A DNA stretch of 63,443 nt, filler included, from Craspedostauros australis (GCA_030167865.1; 12 parts of 12 records of this genome joined end to end with filler, not necessarily neighbours in it); one strand, 5' to 3'; shown: positions 22,026 to 33,885, counted from the first letter of the whole stretch. Notes: generated by a model not told the origin, from the sequence alone. Translations and numbers: made by a program.

Positions 22026-23987
22026 ATGCCGCCAAAAAAGAATGAACAGTTCATGAGTCTCAGCGGTGGTGGAGTCGTTCTCGAGGAGATCGAAGAGGAG
22101 GAAGAGGATGCAAGTGATGATGAGGAGGATATCCGACAACAGATCAGCGACGAGAAGAAGAAGGGGGCCAAAGCAAGAGTGGACCTCGATGAAAGCATCA
22201 AGGCAGCCCAAAAGCTGATGGAGGAATGTAAGTCAGACACAACCAACAATCTACCTACTGAACTACTTTCTCAATGCAACACTGAGATCAGCAATTGCAG
22301 TGAACAACTCGACAATGCCACCAAATCCCGCGAGGAACTTGCCGCAAAGTTGCGTCGATGCCGACTGAAGCGTCGCATGAGAGAATCTAGTATCAAGGAC
22401 GTGCTGGGCAAACTCGATGCTGTGGAGAACGAAATTGATCTCGTGTTCATCATGGACGCTACTGGTTCAATGGGGCCATACATCGACGGTGCCAAGCAGA
22501 CCATCCGCAAGATTGTCGAGAAGATCAAGGCTGATGGAAAGGGGAAGGATCTACGGTTGGGGTTCGTGGCCTACCGAGAGATTTACAATGGATCTGATCG
22601 ATATCAAGTACTTGATTTCGTGGATGAAGTCAGTGTCTTCGAACGCTTCCTGGAGGGAGTCAAGCCCATTGGCAACTACGACATTGCAGAAGACATGGCA
22701 GTTGGCATCCAAAAGGCCAATGGGCTCTCCTGGATGCACCCCACCAGAGTCGCCTTCATTGTTGGCGATTGTGCATGTCATGGAACCGAATTCCACGATT
22801 ACAGTAAGTCTGACGACAACTACCCGACCGGCACTCCAGGCATCAACATCGTCTCGGAGCTATCCAAACTCAGGACCAATCCATCGGGTGGAACCATGAC
22901 CGTCTTCTTTGGTCGCATCACCAGCCTAACGGACAAGATGATTGAGCGGTTTGCGTCCGTCCACAACATTGATCTCGAGGTTGTGGACTTCTCTTCTCCC
23001 GAAATGGTTGAGAAAGTCGTGGTCAAGAGCGTCCGCCACTCTGTCTTCAACTCGGTGTCGTTGATCGACTCTCAGAGCAAGTCAGTGGAGTACGAAGCAG
23101 ACAGAGGGAAGATGAAGAAGGCCAAGATGAAACCATACACAATCTCCAAAGAATTTCCAACGCACCTTGGATGGAAAGCAACAGTGCCTGTCAACGTGTA
23201 CTGCAACACCCGCAGCATCTCCGTCCAGTCTTTGCAAACGCCTCTCTCGGTCAACAAGTTGGCCGAAACCTACACTTCTCGGTCCGCTTTCGTGAAACGC
23301 GCCAACCTCGAGCTCCAGCTCCAACTGGCGAAATCCCCGTTTGCTGAGGGGTCATGCCGCATTGCATTCCATGCAAGGCTGGCGCGTTGCGTTGCCGAAC
23401 TCAACCTCAACAAGAACGCCATGGTGCTCAAGACCAACAAGCACCATGGGCCAGGAATCAACGATAGACAACGATACTTCCAGCAGATGGAGGTATCATC
23501 CATCGCGTGCTTCCTTGCCAACGAATACAACAAGTCAGCCCTCCGTCCTTCGCATTGTGCCAAGATCAAGGTTCTGCAAGCGTGCGTGGTGGAGGAGGTC
23601 AGCGACGAAAATGAAGCAGACGGAAACCGTTTCTACTGCGGTGAAGACGTGCTGCCAACCACCGGAACGCCATTCACCAAGTACTGCAGCAACACGGGAG
23701 CCTGGAATCCCGATCACATCGATGAGTCGCTCCTTCGCTTCGTGGAGTTCTCGTACGTCTTCTCCAAGAAGTACTTGATCGTGGCGGATCTTCAAGGTGT
23801 CAAGGCCAATGGCAAGTACTACTTGACCGACCCTGCGATCTTGTGCACGGACATGAGACGCTTCGGCTGCACCAATCTGTGCACACCAGGAATCAAGCGT
23901 CACTTGGCATCAGTTCGAGACAAGCTCAAGATGTTCAAGAAGAAAGCTGGAAGCTCGGTCTCATGTGGCTGTTGGAGGCAAGGGTAA
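22026..23987 (+). CDS. Coiled-coil + vWA + alpha-kinase (eEF2K/MHCK family, VwkA-like architecture)
   Basis: vWA: IDLVFIMDATGSM, LRLGFVAYR, AFIVGDCACHG; alpha-kinase: PFAEGSCRIAF, FTKYCSNTG, IVADLQGV, YLTDPAI, FGCTNL. First ATG taken at 22026. Confidence 0.92.
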   Translation: MPPKKNEQFMSLSGGGVVLEEIEEEEEDASDDEEDIRQQISDEKKKGAKARVDLDESIKAAQKLMEECKSDTTNNLPTELLSQCNTEISNCSEQLDNATKSREELAAKLRRCRLKRRMRESSIKDVLGKLDAVENEIDLVFIMDATGSMGPYIDGAKQTIRKIVEKIKADGKGKDLRLGFVAYREIYNGSDRYQVLDFVDEVSVFERFLEGVKPIGNYDIAEDMAVGIQKANGLSWMHPTRVAFIVGDCACHGTEFHDYSKSDDNYPTGTPGINIVSELSKLRTNPSGGTMTVFFGRITSLTDKMIERFASVHNIDLEVVDFSSPEMVEKVVVKSVRHSVFNSVSLIDSQSKSVEYEADRGKMKKAKMKPYTISKEFPTHLGWKATVPVNVYCNTRSISVQSLQTPLSVNKLAETYTSRSAFVKRANLELQLQLAKSPFAEGSCRIAFHARLARCVAELNLNKNAMVLKTNKHHGPGINDRQRYFQQMEVSSIACFLANEYNKSALRPSHCAKIKVLQACVVEEVSDENEADGNRFYCGEDVLPTTGTPFTKYCSNTGAWNPDHIDESLLRFVEFSYVFSKKYLIVADLQGVKANGKYYLTDPAILCTDMRRFGCTNLCTPGIKRHLASVRDKLKMFKKKAGSSVSCGCWRQG

Positions 23988-24524
23988 AGCCTACAGGGCA
24001 CATCTCTGATGCAATCCTTGAGTCGTTGTCAAGATTTTCAATTCGAAAGAGTGAGGCACTTCTGTCTGTTCCAAGTGCAGAAGAGAAGGGCAGGCGCATG
24101 GTGCTCATCATACTTGTACAGCATCTAACGGCATCCGACGAAGCTGCTATCTCCATTCACAACACAAGAGAACACGTTGGTGGCACACCCCTTATGACAT
24201 CCAACACTTCACCACATACATTACATGACTATTATACATGACGACATGATGTCAATACACATGATGGAAAAGGCGATGTCTCTTAGTTCGCCTTCCATGC
24301 CCACCATAACGATTATACACACCGTACACATACTTAGTACACCGATAATCAACCAGCCAATCAACGAAATAGCTTCTATTCAACAGAGTACATGGAGAGC
24401 AACTACGATTGAGTCAAACGAACCAGCCTTGCTTGCACAAATGCGCATGTAGGTGTGGTCATCCATCCACTCTACTATAGTGACACGCGCAACGTCGCGA
24501 TCCACCGTCGTCCAACACCCTGCC

Positions 24525-25382
24525 TCACAGCTCGTCGTAGTCCATGGATTTCATGAACAGCGTCACCCTCTCTTGCAGCGCATGCATGGACGGGCTCGTT
24601 AATCGCTCCACGAACATCCCATCTGCACTGAGCAGATACATCGTCACCCGATCCAGATTGAGGTTCGATTGCACATGCTGCATTGTTCCATCCGCCCGCG
24701 TTAGAACGGATGCCGTTCCCGATGTTGGATTGACGTCGAGCAGGTACCGAATCATGGCGTTTCTCGTGGCATCGTTGATCTCTTGCAGCACGTGCACATG
24801 TGGTGGATCGTGCAGCACGAGGTGGATACCGCCCTCCACTCCGACGTCGACGGGCAGAAGGACGATCTCGAGGCTCGGTCGAAAGCTGGAATGCAGATGC
24901 TCCAACAGCTCGTAGTAGTATGCCGCCATGCCGGGGATGAGGGGAACGATCGCGACAATGACGACGTATCCTTCCAGATCCTCCATCTGCATGAGTTTTG
25001 AGTTTGTGGGACGTTGCAGTCGGACCGACGGCAGGTCGTAGAAGGCGGATGCATCGGAGGCCTTGCCATTCATGCGCGGCTGTTCCAATTGTTGCGTGCA
25101 TGTCGCTGCGCATTCCACGAAGATGTTGGCGAAGATGTCCGACCAGCACACATCGATGATGTCCGCACAATCGTCACGTGTGTCCTTGTCGAATGTGCCG
25201 AACGGCGAAGAGCGGATGGAGTCCACGAACTTCTGCAGTTCGGACTTGGGCTTTGTTGGTAATGTTGGTGGTGCCTCGTTGGATGCGCCCTTCGCTTCAT
25301 CCGTTGTCGGAGCGCAGGATACCAACGACACCAGGTGCATCAGTGCGCAGAAAAGGATGATGGTATGCAGCGAAGAGCACAT
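24525..25382 (-). CDS. Secretory protein: signal peptide, partial ShK-like Cys motif, glutathione-peroxidase-like thioredoxin fold without catalytic Cys, C-terminal YDEL
   Basis: MCSSLHTIILFCALMHLVSLVSC signal; DDC...C...CAATC; SAFYDL...LEGYVVIVAIV...YYELLEHL...LEIVLLP and YLLSADG..VER follow the GPx pattern. Confidence 0.75.
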   Translation of the reverse strand: MCSSLHTIILFCALMHLVSLVSCAPTTDEAKGASNEAPPTLPTKPKSELQKFVDSIRSSPFGTFDKDTRDDCADIIDVCWSDIFANIFVECAATCTQQLEQPRMNGKASDASAFYDLPSVRLQRPTNSKLMQMEDLEGYVVIVAIVPLIPGMAAYYYELLEHLHSSFRPSLEIVLLPVDVGVEGGIHLVLHDPPHVHVLQEINDATRNAMIRYLLDVNPTSGTASVLTRADGTMQHVQSNLNLDRVTMYLLSADGMFVERLTSPSMHALQERVTLFMKSMDYDEL

Positions 25383-26264
25383 CGCGTCAAAGTGGAGTAC
25401 TGGTACTATACTGCGATGTTTGTGTATGGCACGAGTGTTGGGGAGAGAATTGATGTTGGCGTGTTGGTGTGGACAACTCCAGAGAGTTGGTTGGTTGTGC
25501 GCCTTTGGAGGTCTCGCTGTGTTTCGCACTGTCACTCCTGCTTCCGTCCATGACTGCTGCCGAGGCCCATGCCCATGATGGCTACGGGCTATTCCGATTG
25601 CTTCCTCCGTGAATGGTCGCTGTTGTGAATGGTCGCCATTGAAGATCGCTGTTGATGTCATCCTCCCTTCCTTGTTTGTGACAATCCGAAAGTCACCAAA
25701 ACAGAGAGGACAACAGGTCGAAATGACTCTGTGCAACACGTTCAGCATCTCTTTGTTCTTCACGGTTGTGTTGCCGTTGGTTGTCATGGTTGGCAGGCTC
25801 GTTTCTCGCGTCACGTTCCTTCTTCAGACACGATTGACCATCGAAATGAATTGCCAAATAAATACAATTAGCGTCGGAGAGTTCGGGGTTTGAAATTTGA
25901 ATTTGCTTTTTGGGACAAGATCGTTACAACACATCTCTGGCAACAGGAAAACAGACATCATCTCAATTCTCTCGCACATCCACCACCACCATTGCCATCG
26001 CCGCCACTGCCACCACCACCGCTCGACAACAACAAGAACAATGAAAACAACGCCAAGAACAACACGAGCAGCCCTGTGTGGAGCATCACTCTCACCACCT
26101 TCGCCGCCGCAACCATACCTCATAGTCAACGAATCTGGAGCACCAGCTGTACCCATACCCAATCACTTCGCAAGGCTGCATCATCTTTCCGCGACACCAA
26201 AGCACTCCGTTCCCCGACTCTTCTCTGCGCTAACCATCTCTCCGTCACTTTCCACTCTCCGTCA

Positions 26265-27784
26265 ATGGTAACCATGGTCCAACGAATTGCCAAGCGCCAA
26301 TCCAACTTGGACTCCATCTCGGAGACCAAGCAACTCATCACGAACGATGATGCGATGAAGAATGTCATGACATCAGATGCCGTCCCGAAGATCTCACCAA
26401 CGGCGACCGATACCGCAGGCAACGGAGGCTTCATCATCACGCCATCCAGTTCTACATCCAGCCCCAACTCGAGCGACAGCGACGACGACACGGGTGGCCA
26501 TGATGCAACGGTGACACGAGCGCGCAGATCACTGTTCGTCCCCGTTCGAAAGGCCGTCCCAAGCTCGGCGAAGGAGGACGAAGCAGCTGCATCCAGGAAG
26601 CCCCGCCAACACCAAAGGGAGCCAAGACCGAAGCCCAGACTCCAGGTTCCTCCGTCATCACACCAGACCGCAGAAGTAAGCGCAAGCTGTGGCTCGATCC
26701 GGACGACGATGATGCCAGCGCAGACGCCACGCAGCCCGCACCGAAGCGCCGTCTGCTGTTCGGATGCATGGCCAAGTCGACCTACTGCCAACCAAATGTC
26801 AAGAGCGTCTACTCCATCGTCAAGAAGCTGACGGGTGCCATCGGTGGCAACGGATACTCTGGGCCCATCTACGGTGAGCTCACCATGGCATCCATGCAAA
26901 AAATGATCAATCACATGATGGAGTACGCCGAGCTCGACTCCTCCAGCCGTTTCCTCGACGTCGGCAGCGGCATCGGCAAGCCCAACCTGCACGTCGCGCA
27001 GTATCCCGGAGTCGAATTCAGCTGCGGTGCGGAACTGGAACACGTGCGCTGGAATTTGGGCATGGTCTGCCTCAAGGCTATCCTGAATCGCGCCATGGAT
27101 CAGCGTGACGATCCGGATTTCGACCGATTGACCGACGAAGAGATCGTCAAGGGCAACACCACATTCCTACATCGCAACATCATGGAGGCCAATTCCTTCG
27201 ATCTCTTCACGCACGTGTACATGTTCAGCATTGGAAAGTCGACGTGTGCGCAGCTTTTGTGGGTTGATTATGTGTGTGATCTGCATGTGGCATGGTAGTG
27301 TCACACTCACTCACCCACTCACTCACTCGACGCATCATCCATAACAACAAAACAAACAACAATACAAATAGGCTTCCCACCGGACCTATGGGATCACCTT
27401 TCGAACATGTGGAACACGAGCTCCGCCAAGTACCTCGTCTGCTACTTGAATCCACGCGATCTCATCGAAACCTACGACTTCGACGTCGAGATGGTGTCCC
27501 GCATGCCAACTTCCATGCATGGCTCGAAGGAGGGGCATCTGGGATACGTCTACAAGGGCGTCCATGCGAGGGAAGCAGGCAACAAATCCCACGGCCGTCG
27601 ACGTGCCAACGCAAACAGCAACAGTGGCAACCGACGAGTCAAGTGCGACCCCATCTTCCAAGAGGCCTACGACCTGGTCTGCGATGGTTTGGAGCCTTTG
27701 CACAAGGCAGTGGCACTGCAAACCAACTCGACCATGAACTCGGGCCGCAGGACTCGTTTGCGCGGAATGAAGCTGACGCGATGA
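26265..27784 (+). CDS. DOT1: DOT1-like histone H3K79 methyltransferase, two exons (intron 27234-27371), with an apparent frameshift near 26601 and a GA splice donor; possibly a pseudogene
   Basis: IYGELT, FLDVGSGIGKP (SAM motif I), GAELEHVR, THVYMFSIG|FPP; exon 2 continues in frame after AG at 27371. Confidence 0.8.
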
Positions 27785-28465
27785 ACGCGATTGATCCGGG
27801 CGCTCATTTGGGAGAGATGAGAGAGAGGAGAAATGCACCCATTGCAGTGTAGGTGCACGAGCATGTCACCAGGCCGCGCCGTGCGTAAGTGTTGGACGAT
27901 GTCGCGATGACAGTGGGTGTGACGACGGCAGCAATCATGGCTGTGATCTGTGAAGGATAGTGCAATAGAACCGCAAAAGGGAATCATATGTACATCAGTG
28001 CAAGGTGCACCATAACACACACAGCAACACAGCAGGCTGCAGCATGACGACACATGGGACGTAGCAAGCGGCATCGGCCACAATGCGGAGACTGCTACGC
28101 TGCAAACCTAACTCGCTTTCTGCTCTCGCACTGTAAGATGGCATGTTGTTTGTATGAGTAGTAGTATGCAATCAATTCGAGCGACACTGGATTGAAGAGA
28201 GAGAGAGAGAGAACTTCGACTTGATTCTCTTGTCTTCCCTTCCGAACGTGTTGGCTCTCCCGGGTGAGTATGGCCGCCTGTGCCGTTCCATTTTTCGCGC
28301 ATCACACGCATTCGGACGATCCAGCCATACCCAACCACAAAATACCTCCTCGCACGACGTCCACCAACCGCCGGCCCTGGATTGAGACGACCTCTCTGAG
28401 GTCTCCTCGTATCTCCGCTTGTGCAAACACCAATGCCTGGAGTGGGATTCAGGGTTGATTGGGGC

Positions 28466-28874
28466 TGTTGAGACCATGACTCCTACACCGTCCTCTACCC
28501 GGCAATGAACCGATGGGCAAACCAGATGAGGAGCGATGAGATTGTTGTTGTGGTGTAATCAGATATTTTAAACTGGATTTATGGCTGCTTGTTGTTGATG
28601 TCCAGTTTGTTGTTGTTTTTCTTGTGTTTGCTTGCTTGGTGCTGGTGGTGGCTGCCAGCCGTTGAGTTGCAACGATGAATGATGTCATTGGCATTTCCTG
28701 GTTTCTTTGGTTTCGTGCCATCTGTCGTCACAAATTTGGGCATCTGCTCCAACACACTCCTTCGGTCCAAGCAGAGCTTGCTTGTATGTCTATGTCTTAC
28801 CTTTGCTGGGACCGCTGATTTTTCGGTTGAGGATGATGTCGTGGAACTTGCGGAACCTTGTCCCCTGCAGTGGC
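28466..28874 (-). mobile_element. Family B 3' end: 3' LTR (28466-28754), PPT GAAGGAGTG and 120 bp of internal sequence, interrupted by Copia A
   Basis: LTR matches 20784-21071; purine tract abuts TGTTGG on the minus strand. Confidence 0.9.
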
Positions 28875-31800
28875 TGCCGAGATGTACATGTGAGTATATG
28901 TCAAGATGTACGTGTATATGTGCATCGTTCACCCGCTATTCTCTCATACGTACTTGGACGGTATAACTACACTCGTGTAGATAGTATGTTGTGATTCGTC
29001 AGAATTACAGTGGAAATGGAACACACGAAAAGGAGCAAGATTTCTGGAGGAAATTTGCAATCGACGATTTCTGAGAGAATTGGAAGATCGTCCGTNNNNN
29101 NNNNNNNNNNNNNNNNNNNNNNNNNNNNNNNNNNNNNNNNNNNNNNNNNNNNNNNNNNNNNNNNNNNNNNNNNNNNNNNNNNNNNNNNNNNNNNNNNNNN
29201 NNNNNNNNNNNNNNNNNNNNNNNNNNNNNNNNNNNNNNNNNNNNNNNNNNNNNNNNNNNNNNGTCAGAGCAGGAGGCGAAGATCCGATGACCGAAGGGCA
29301 TCAGCATCATGGATACAGAAGGTGAACTTCAAATGGCGAGTACTCACGGAGTAGGAACCAGTACTGAATGAACGGAGTGTCGAATACGGAGTACGTATCG
29401 AACACGGAGTATCGTGTGCGACGAGCACACGATGTTGAGAGATAGAGAATACGAAGAGTGGCGAGAGAGGATCTCGCGTACCGACTCATAGTCGGAGACT
29501 GAATCTACGAAACAGACAAACGTGCCAAGAGCATCGGGCAAGAGAACGGGCGTACACTGAGAGGATCGGAGTAGCCAAGAAATGAAATAGCAAACAGACG
29601 ACTATCAACCAACACCATCTTCCACGATCGTAGGTTACCGTGAGCGGAATTTGCCAACACGTTTATAAACGATAGATCAGGGCGAGCCCATGGATCGGAT
29701 TGTGCGAGGAAGACGAACATCATTCAAGAGCAGCAGGCTGAATGAGCGAGGAAGAGGAATTGAAAGACATCCCTCTGTCCAACCTGACTATCAAGAGACA
29801 AGAAGGTGCAAGTGAGACTCCACCATGACAAGAGAAGGAAGTAGCAGCGGCTACTGTTCTATCAAGCGCAGACGCAAGCGCAATCGACGAGACCGAAGAG
29901 GAATGGTTTGCGAGACTACATCGCGAGGAGAAGAGCATTCTCAAGGCGAGCAAGCAAGAGGAGACTGGTGTGACGGAGAGCATTCGCACAGCCAAACAGG
30001 GTGAGAAAAGTGAGACACCATCAGGAGGAGAAATTGTGAGGAAAACAATCTCCGCTAAACAACTAGCGAAAATCGAAGAAACAACAACACAGAAACAAAC
30101 GGAAATCAAGGGCGCGAGCGCACCAACAACGAAACAACAAGTCAACATGGCGACATCAGCCAACACGAACAAGCAACACATCAAGGCGCCGATGTTCAGC
30201 AGTGAACATGAAGACTACAGCGCATGGGAGTCCCAAGCGAAGGCATACGCTCATGCACAGAAGACGAGAGACGTGATGTTGGGCAAGACGAAGATCCCAA
30301 CAATGAGCGAGATCGCAGCAGCCACCCAAGAAGACAAGGAGGCACTGGAGGAGACCCACAAGCTGGCATGCGACTGCTTCAGCGATCTGATCCTCATGAT
30401 GGATGCAGAGAAAGGAAAGGGCAAGTAGGCCATCCAATACATCAATCGGTGCATCTCCGACGATTATCCCGAAGGAGATCCACATGCAGCGTGGAACGTT
30501 CTCGCGGAGAAGTTCCGCCCATCTGACGCGGTGACGAAGATCAAACTCAAGTGTCAATTCAACAACAAAAATATGAAGAGAGACACAGACCCTGACATCT
30601 ACATCACGCGACTCGAGGGTCTACGATCGCGTCTCCACGACGTCAAGTACGAGATCACAGACGAGGAAATGATCATGCAAATCCTCAGCACGGTGAGTAG
30701 CGAATACAAAACGCACATCGTGAACTTCCAACATCAACTCACGTTCAATCCGGAACTGGTCACCATCAATGTGATCAGAGGAGTACTCTGCACAGCACAC
30801 GCCACCCATCAAGGAGGAAAGGCGTACATCGACGATTTCCAAGACAGCAACACGAAAAGCAACGACACCGGCCTCACGAGCACTGGTAACTTCAAGGGGA
30901 CCTGCCACAACTGTGGTGTGTATGGTCATAGATCCGCCGATTGCCCAGAACGCGAGAAACCGAACAACAAGAAAAACAACAACAACAATAACAACAACAA
31001 ACTGAACGGAAAGCGCAACAAGGGAAGCAGCTTCAACGGAAAGTGCAACTACTGTGGCATCTTCAGACACCGTGAGGCAGAGTGCCGAAAGAAGAAGTTC
31101 AACGAGAAGAAGAAGGCCGACGAACAGGCCAACACAGCAACACAAGGACACGACAAGAGCGGGCACGAGATGGTACTCTCGGCAAAGGACATGCCGCTCT
31201 GCATATTGGTGTCCGACGACTACATCGAAGACTCCTTCTTCGATAACTTCGAGTGCGTCGGGAGTGACGACGAAGTACAGAACGATGAGATCGTCCTGGA
31301 GTGGCTCAGCGAGGAGCCAATCATCCACGAGGTGGATCCAAGACGCGAAGTGAGCTACGAATGCTGCTTCAACGCAAACAACCTGATCGGTTCATACGGC
31401 GACGGAGCCGAGATGGGCAACGAGGCCATCGATAGCGACATCGAAGAGGCCATGAGTGAAGAGGCCGACGATGAGATCAACGAGAATGACAGAGACCGAG
31501 ACGAGACGAACGGCGGCGCGGCACCGCCTCCTCCAGCGGCGGGGAACAACAGATCGGGCATCTTCGATGAAGATGACAGCGACGAAACCGAAGACCATCC
31601 AGACGGCAGCTTCAACCCAAACAAGCGTGTCGTCTACCCAGGGAATATCGACTTCCCACCGATTGAGAATCCCAACGACTCAAACTACCTCCATCATCAT
31701 GATACCATTCCATACGCAACGGAAACAGCATTGATAATCCAGAAGCAGCTCATCTTCGATGCCGTGATGGAAGCAGGAACGAACCTCTTCCCAGGACACG

Positions 31801-33209
31801 TACAAGGAGTGCTCAGACCGATATGGGTGAACATGATGGGATCCATCCTATCCGAGAACTTCAGATCAATCGAAGAGATTCTCGCCAATTCGGTCGTCAT
31901 CAACCGCATATTGGAAGCGGACAATACGGAGACGATCCCAGAGACGGATCTGCACTACATCCTTGGAGGATGCATGCGTGTGCTCTTACGCGAGCGATCA
32001 CGCGTCCACCCATACGATCCAGCCACAGGATCACATCGAAGCAACACGATTCCATCGGACTACGCGCAACTACCCGACAACATGGATGACGAGGAACGTC
32101 ACAATCCATACAACGAAGATGGAGTTCACGAAGATGAAGAGGAAGACGGCAGCTTCAACGACGAGATAGCTGCGGCAGCTGTGGAGCAACTCCACGAGCT
32201 GAGCACCAGACACAAGGACAAGGTCAACAAGGACACTTGGCTCGCCGACAGTGGAGCTTCGTGTCACATCGTCAATTCAGACGCCGCTCTCTTCAACGTG
32301 CGGCACATCAAGTCATTCGTCCAAGTGGGAGACAGNNNNNNNNNNNNNNNNNNNNNNNNNNNNNNNNNNNNNNNNNNNNNNNNNNNNNNNNNNNNNNNNN
32401 NNNNNNTCATCCGGCTCGATGACGTGAAGTACACACCGAAAATGGCGGTGAACCTTTTCTCCACGAACAAGGCTCTGTACAACGGTTACCAGCTTGGTAG
32501 CAACAGCATTCTGATGGACATCATCAACGGATCCGGAACGAAGATCGTGTTCGATCGAGTCTTCCCCACATCCAACGGATTCATCACGGGAGTGCAGATG
32601 CATCCCATCATGCCAACAGACGACGACAAGGCTTGCACAGCCATCGTCAAGAACCCATCCAAGGAGATCAGCGTGGTGAGCTTGCATCGAATGCTCGGCC
32701 ACGCGCCACTCGAAGCCATGAAGCGAACAGCCGCTCAATACGGATGGAAGATCACTGGCGAGATGCCGGTATGTCGCGACTGCGCGGTCGCGAACGCAAG
32801 AGTAAAGAACATCTCGAAGGCAACGATTCCAAGAGCGACTCGCCGCGGCGAACGCCTCTTCATTGACATTCGTTACACTAAACACATAAGCTTCGGAGAT
32901 AAACGCTACTGGACCCTGATCGTGGACGACTGCACGGATCACTGCTGGAGTTTCTTNNNNNNNNNNNNNNNNNNNNNNNNNNNNNNNNNNNNNNNNNNNN
33001 NNNNNNNNNNNNNNNNNNNNNNNNNNNNNNNNNNNNNNNNNNNNNNNNNNGACAACAGCGGAGAGAACAAATCCACGCAGGATATTCTCATCGATGCAGG
33101 ACTGAACGTGAAATTCGAATTCACAGCATCGAACACGCCGCAACAGAACGGCAGAGTAGAACGCAAGTTCGCGTACCTCTACACCAAGATCCGCTCCATG
33201 CTCAACGGA
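28875..33209 (+). mobile_element. Copia family A 5' half: 5' LTR (28875-29659) and gag-protease-integrase from 29742, with premature stops at 29826 and 30426
   Basis: Two CCHC knuckles (CHNCGVYGHRSADC, CNYCGIFRHREAEC); protease WLADSGASCH; HRMLGH...CRDC; DNSGEN; one reading frame throughout. Confidence 0.95.
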
Positions 33210-33309
33210 NNNNNNNNNNNNNNNNNNNNNNNNNNNNNNNNNNNNNNNNNNNNTTAATTAATTAANNNNNNNNNNNNNNNNNNNNNNNNNNNNNNNNNNN
33301 NNNNNNNNN

Positions 33310-33885
33310 GAGGTCTTGGATCCTTCTGGAAGGTACTCATACCGATGGATCTGGATATCATGGCGTCTTGTGTGTGGCAGTACTGTGAGCTACGCATCAA
33401 ACGACATCTTGATCTGTAGATTTAAGTCCTTCCCACATGGATCTATCACTTTGAACTCAATATTCGTACACTTTGGAGGAGATTNNNNNNNNNNNNNNNN
33501 NNNNNNNNNNNNNNNNNNNNNNNNNNNNNNNNNNNNNNNNNNNNNNNNNNNNNNNNNNNNNNNNNNNNNNNNNNNNNNNNNNNNNNNNNNNNNNNNNNNN
33601 NNNNNNNNNNCTTCTAAACTGATCTAGGAATTCAAACTGGGTGACCGCACTTTTTGGAGTGTGCTTGGAGTTGTCCAGTTGATTGGATCTCTGAAAACGG
33701 CCTGTGCAATGCAGTGGTATGCATAATGCTGTACAAGGTGATGCGTACCGTGCAGTCTCGTCCAACGAAGTACTGCGTGATATCAGCATCCAAATATTTC
33801 GATAACTTCCAGACGGATCTAACACTGCAGGCTCCATGGCCGTACTCTTGGGAGTGTGCTTGGAGTGGTGCAGTTGGTATCAATC
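33310..33885. repeat. Degenerate ~180-195 bp tandem repeat (same family as 18759-19250)
   Basis: GCTTGGAGT anchors at 33663 and 33858; blocks shared with the array at 18759. Confidence 0.6.
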
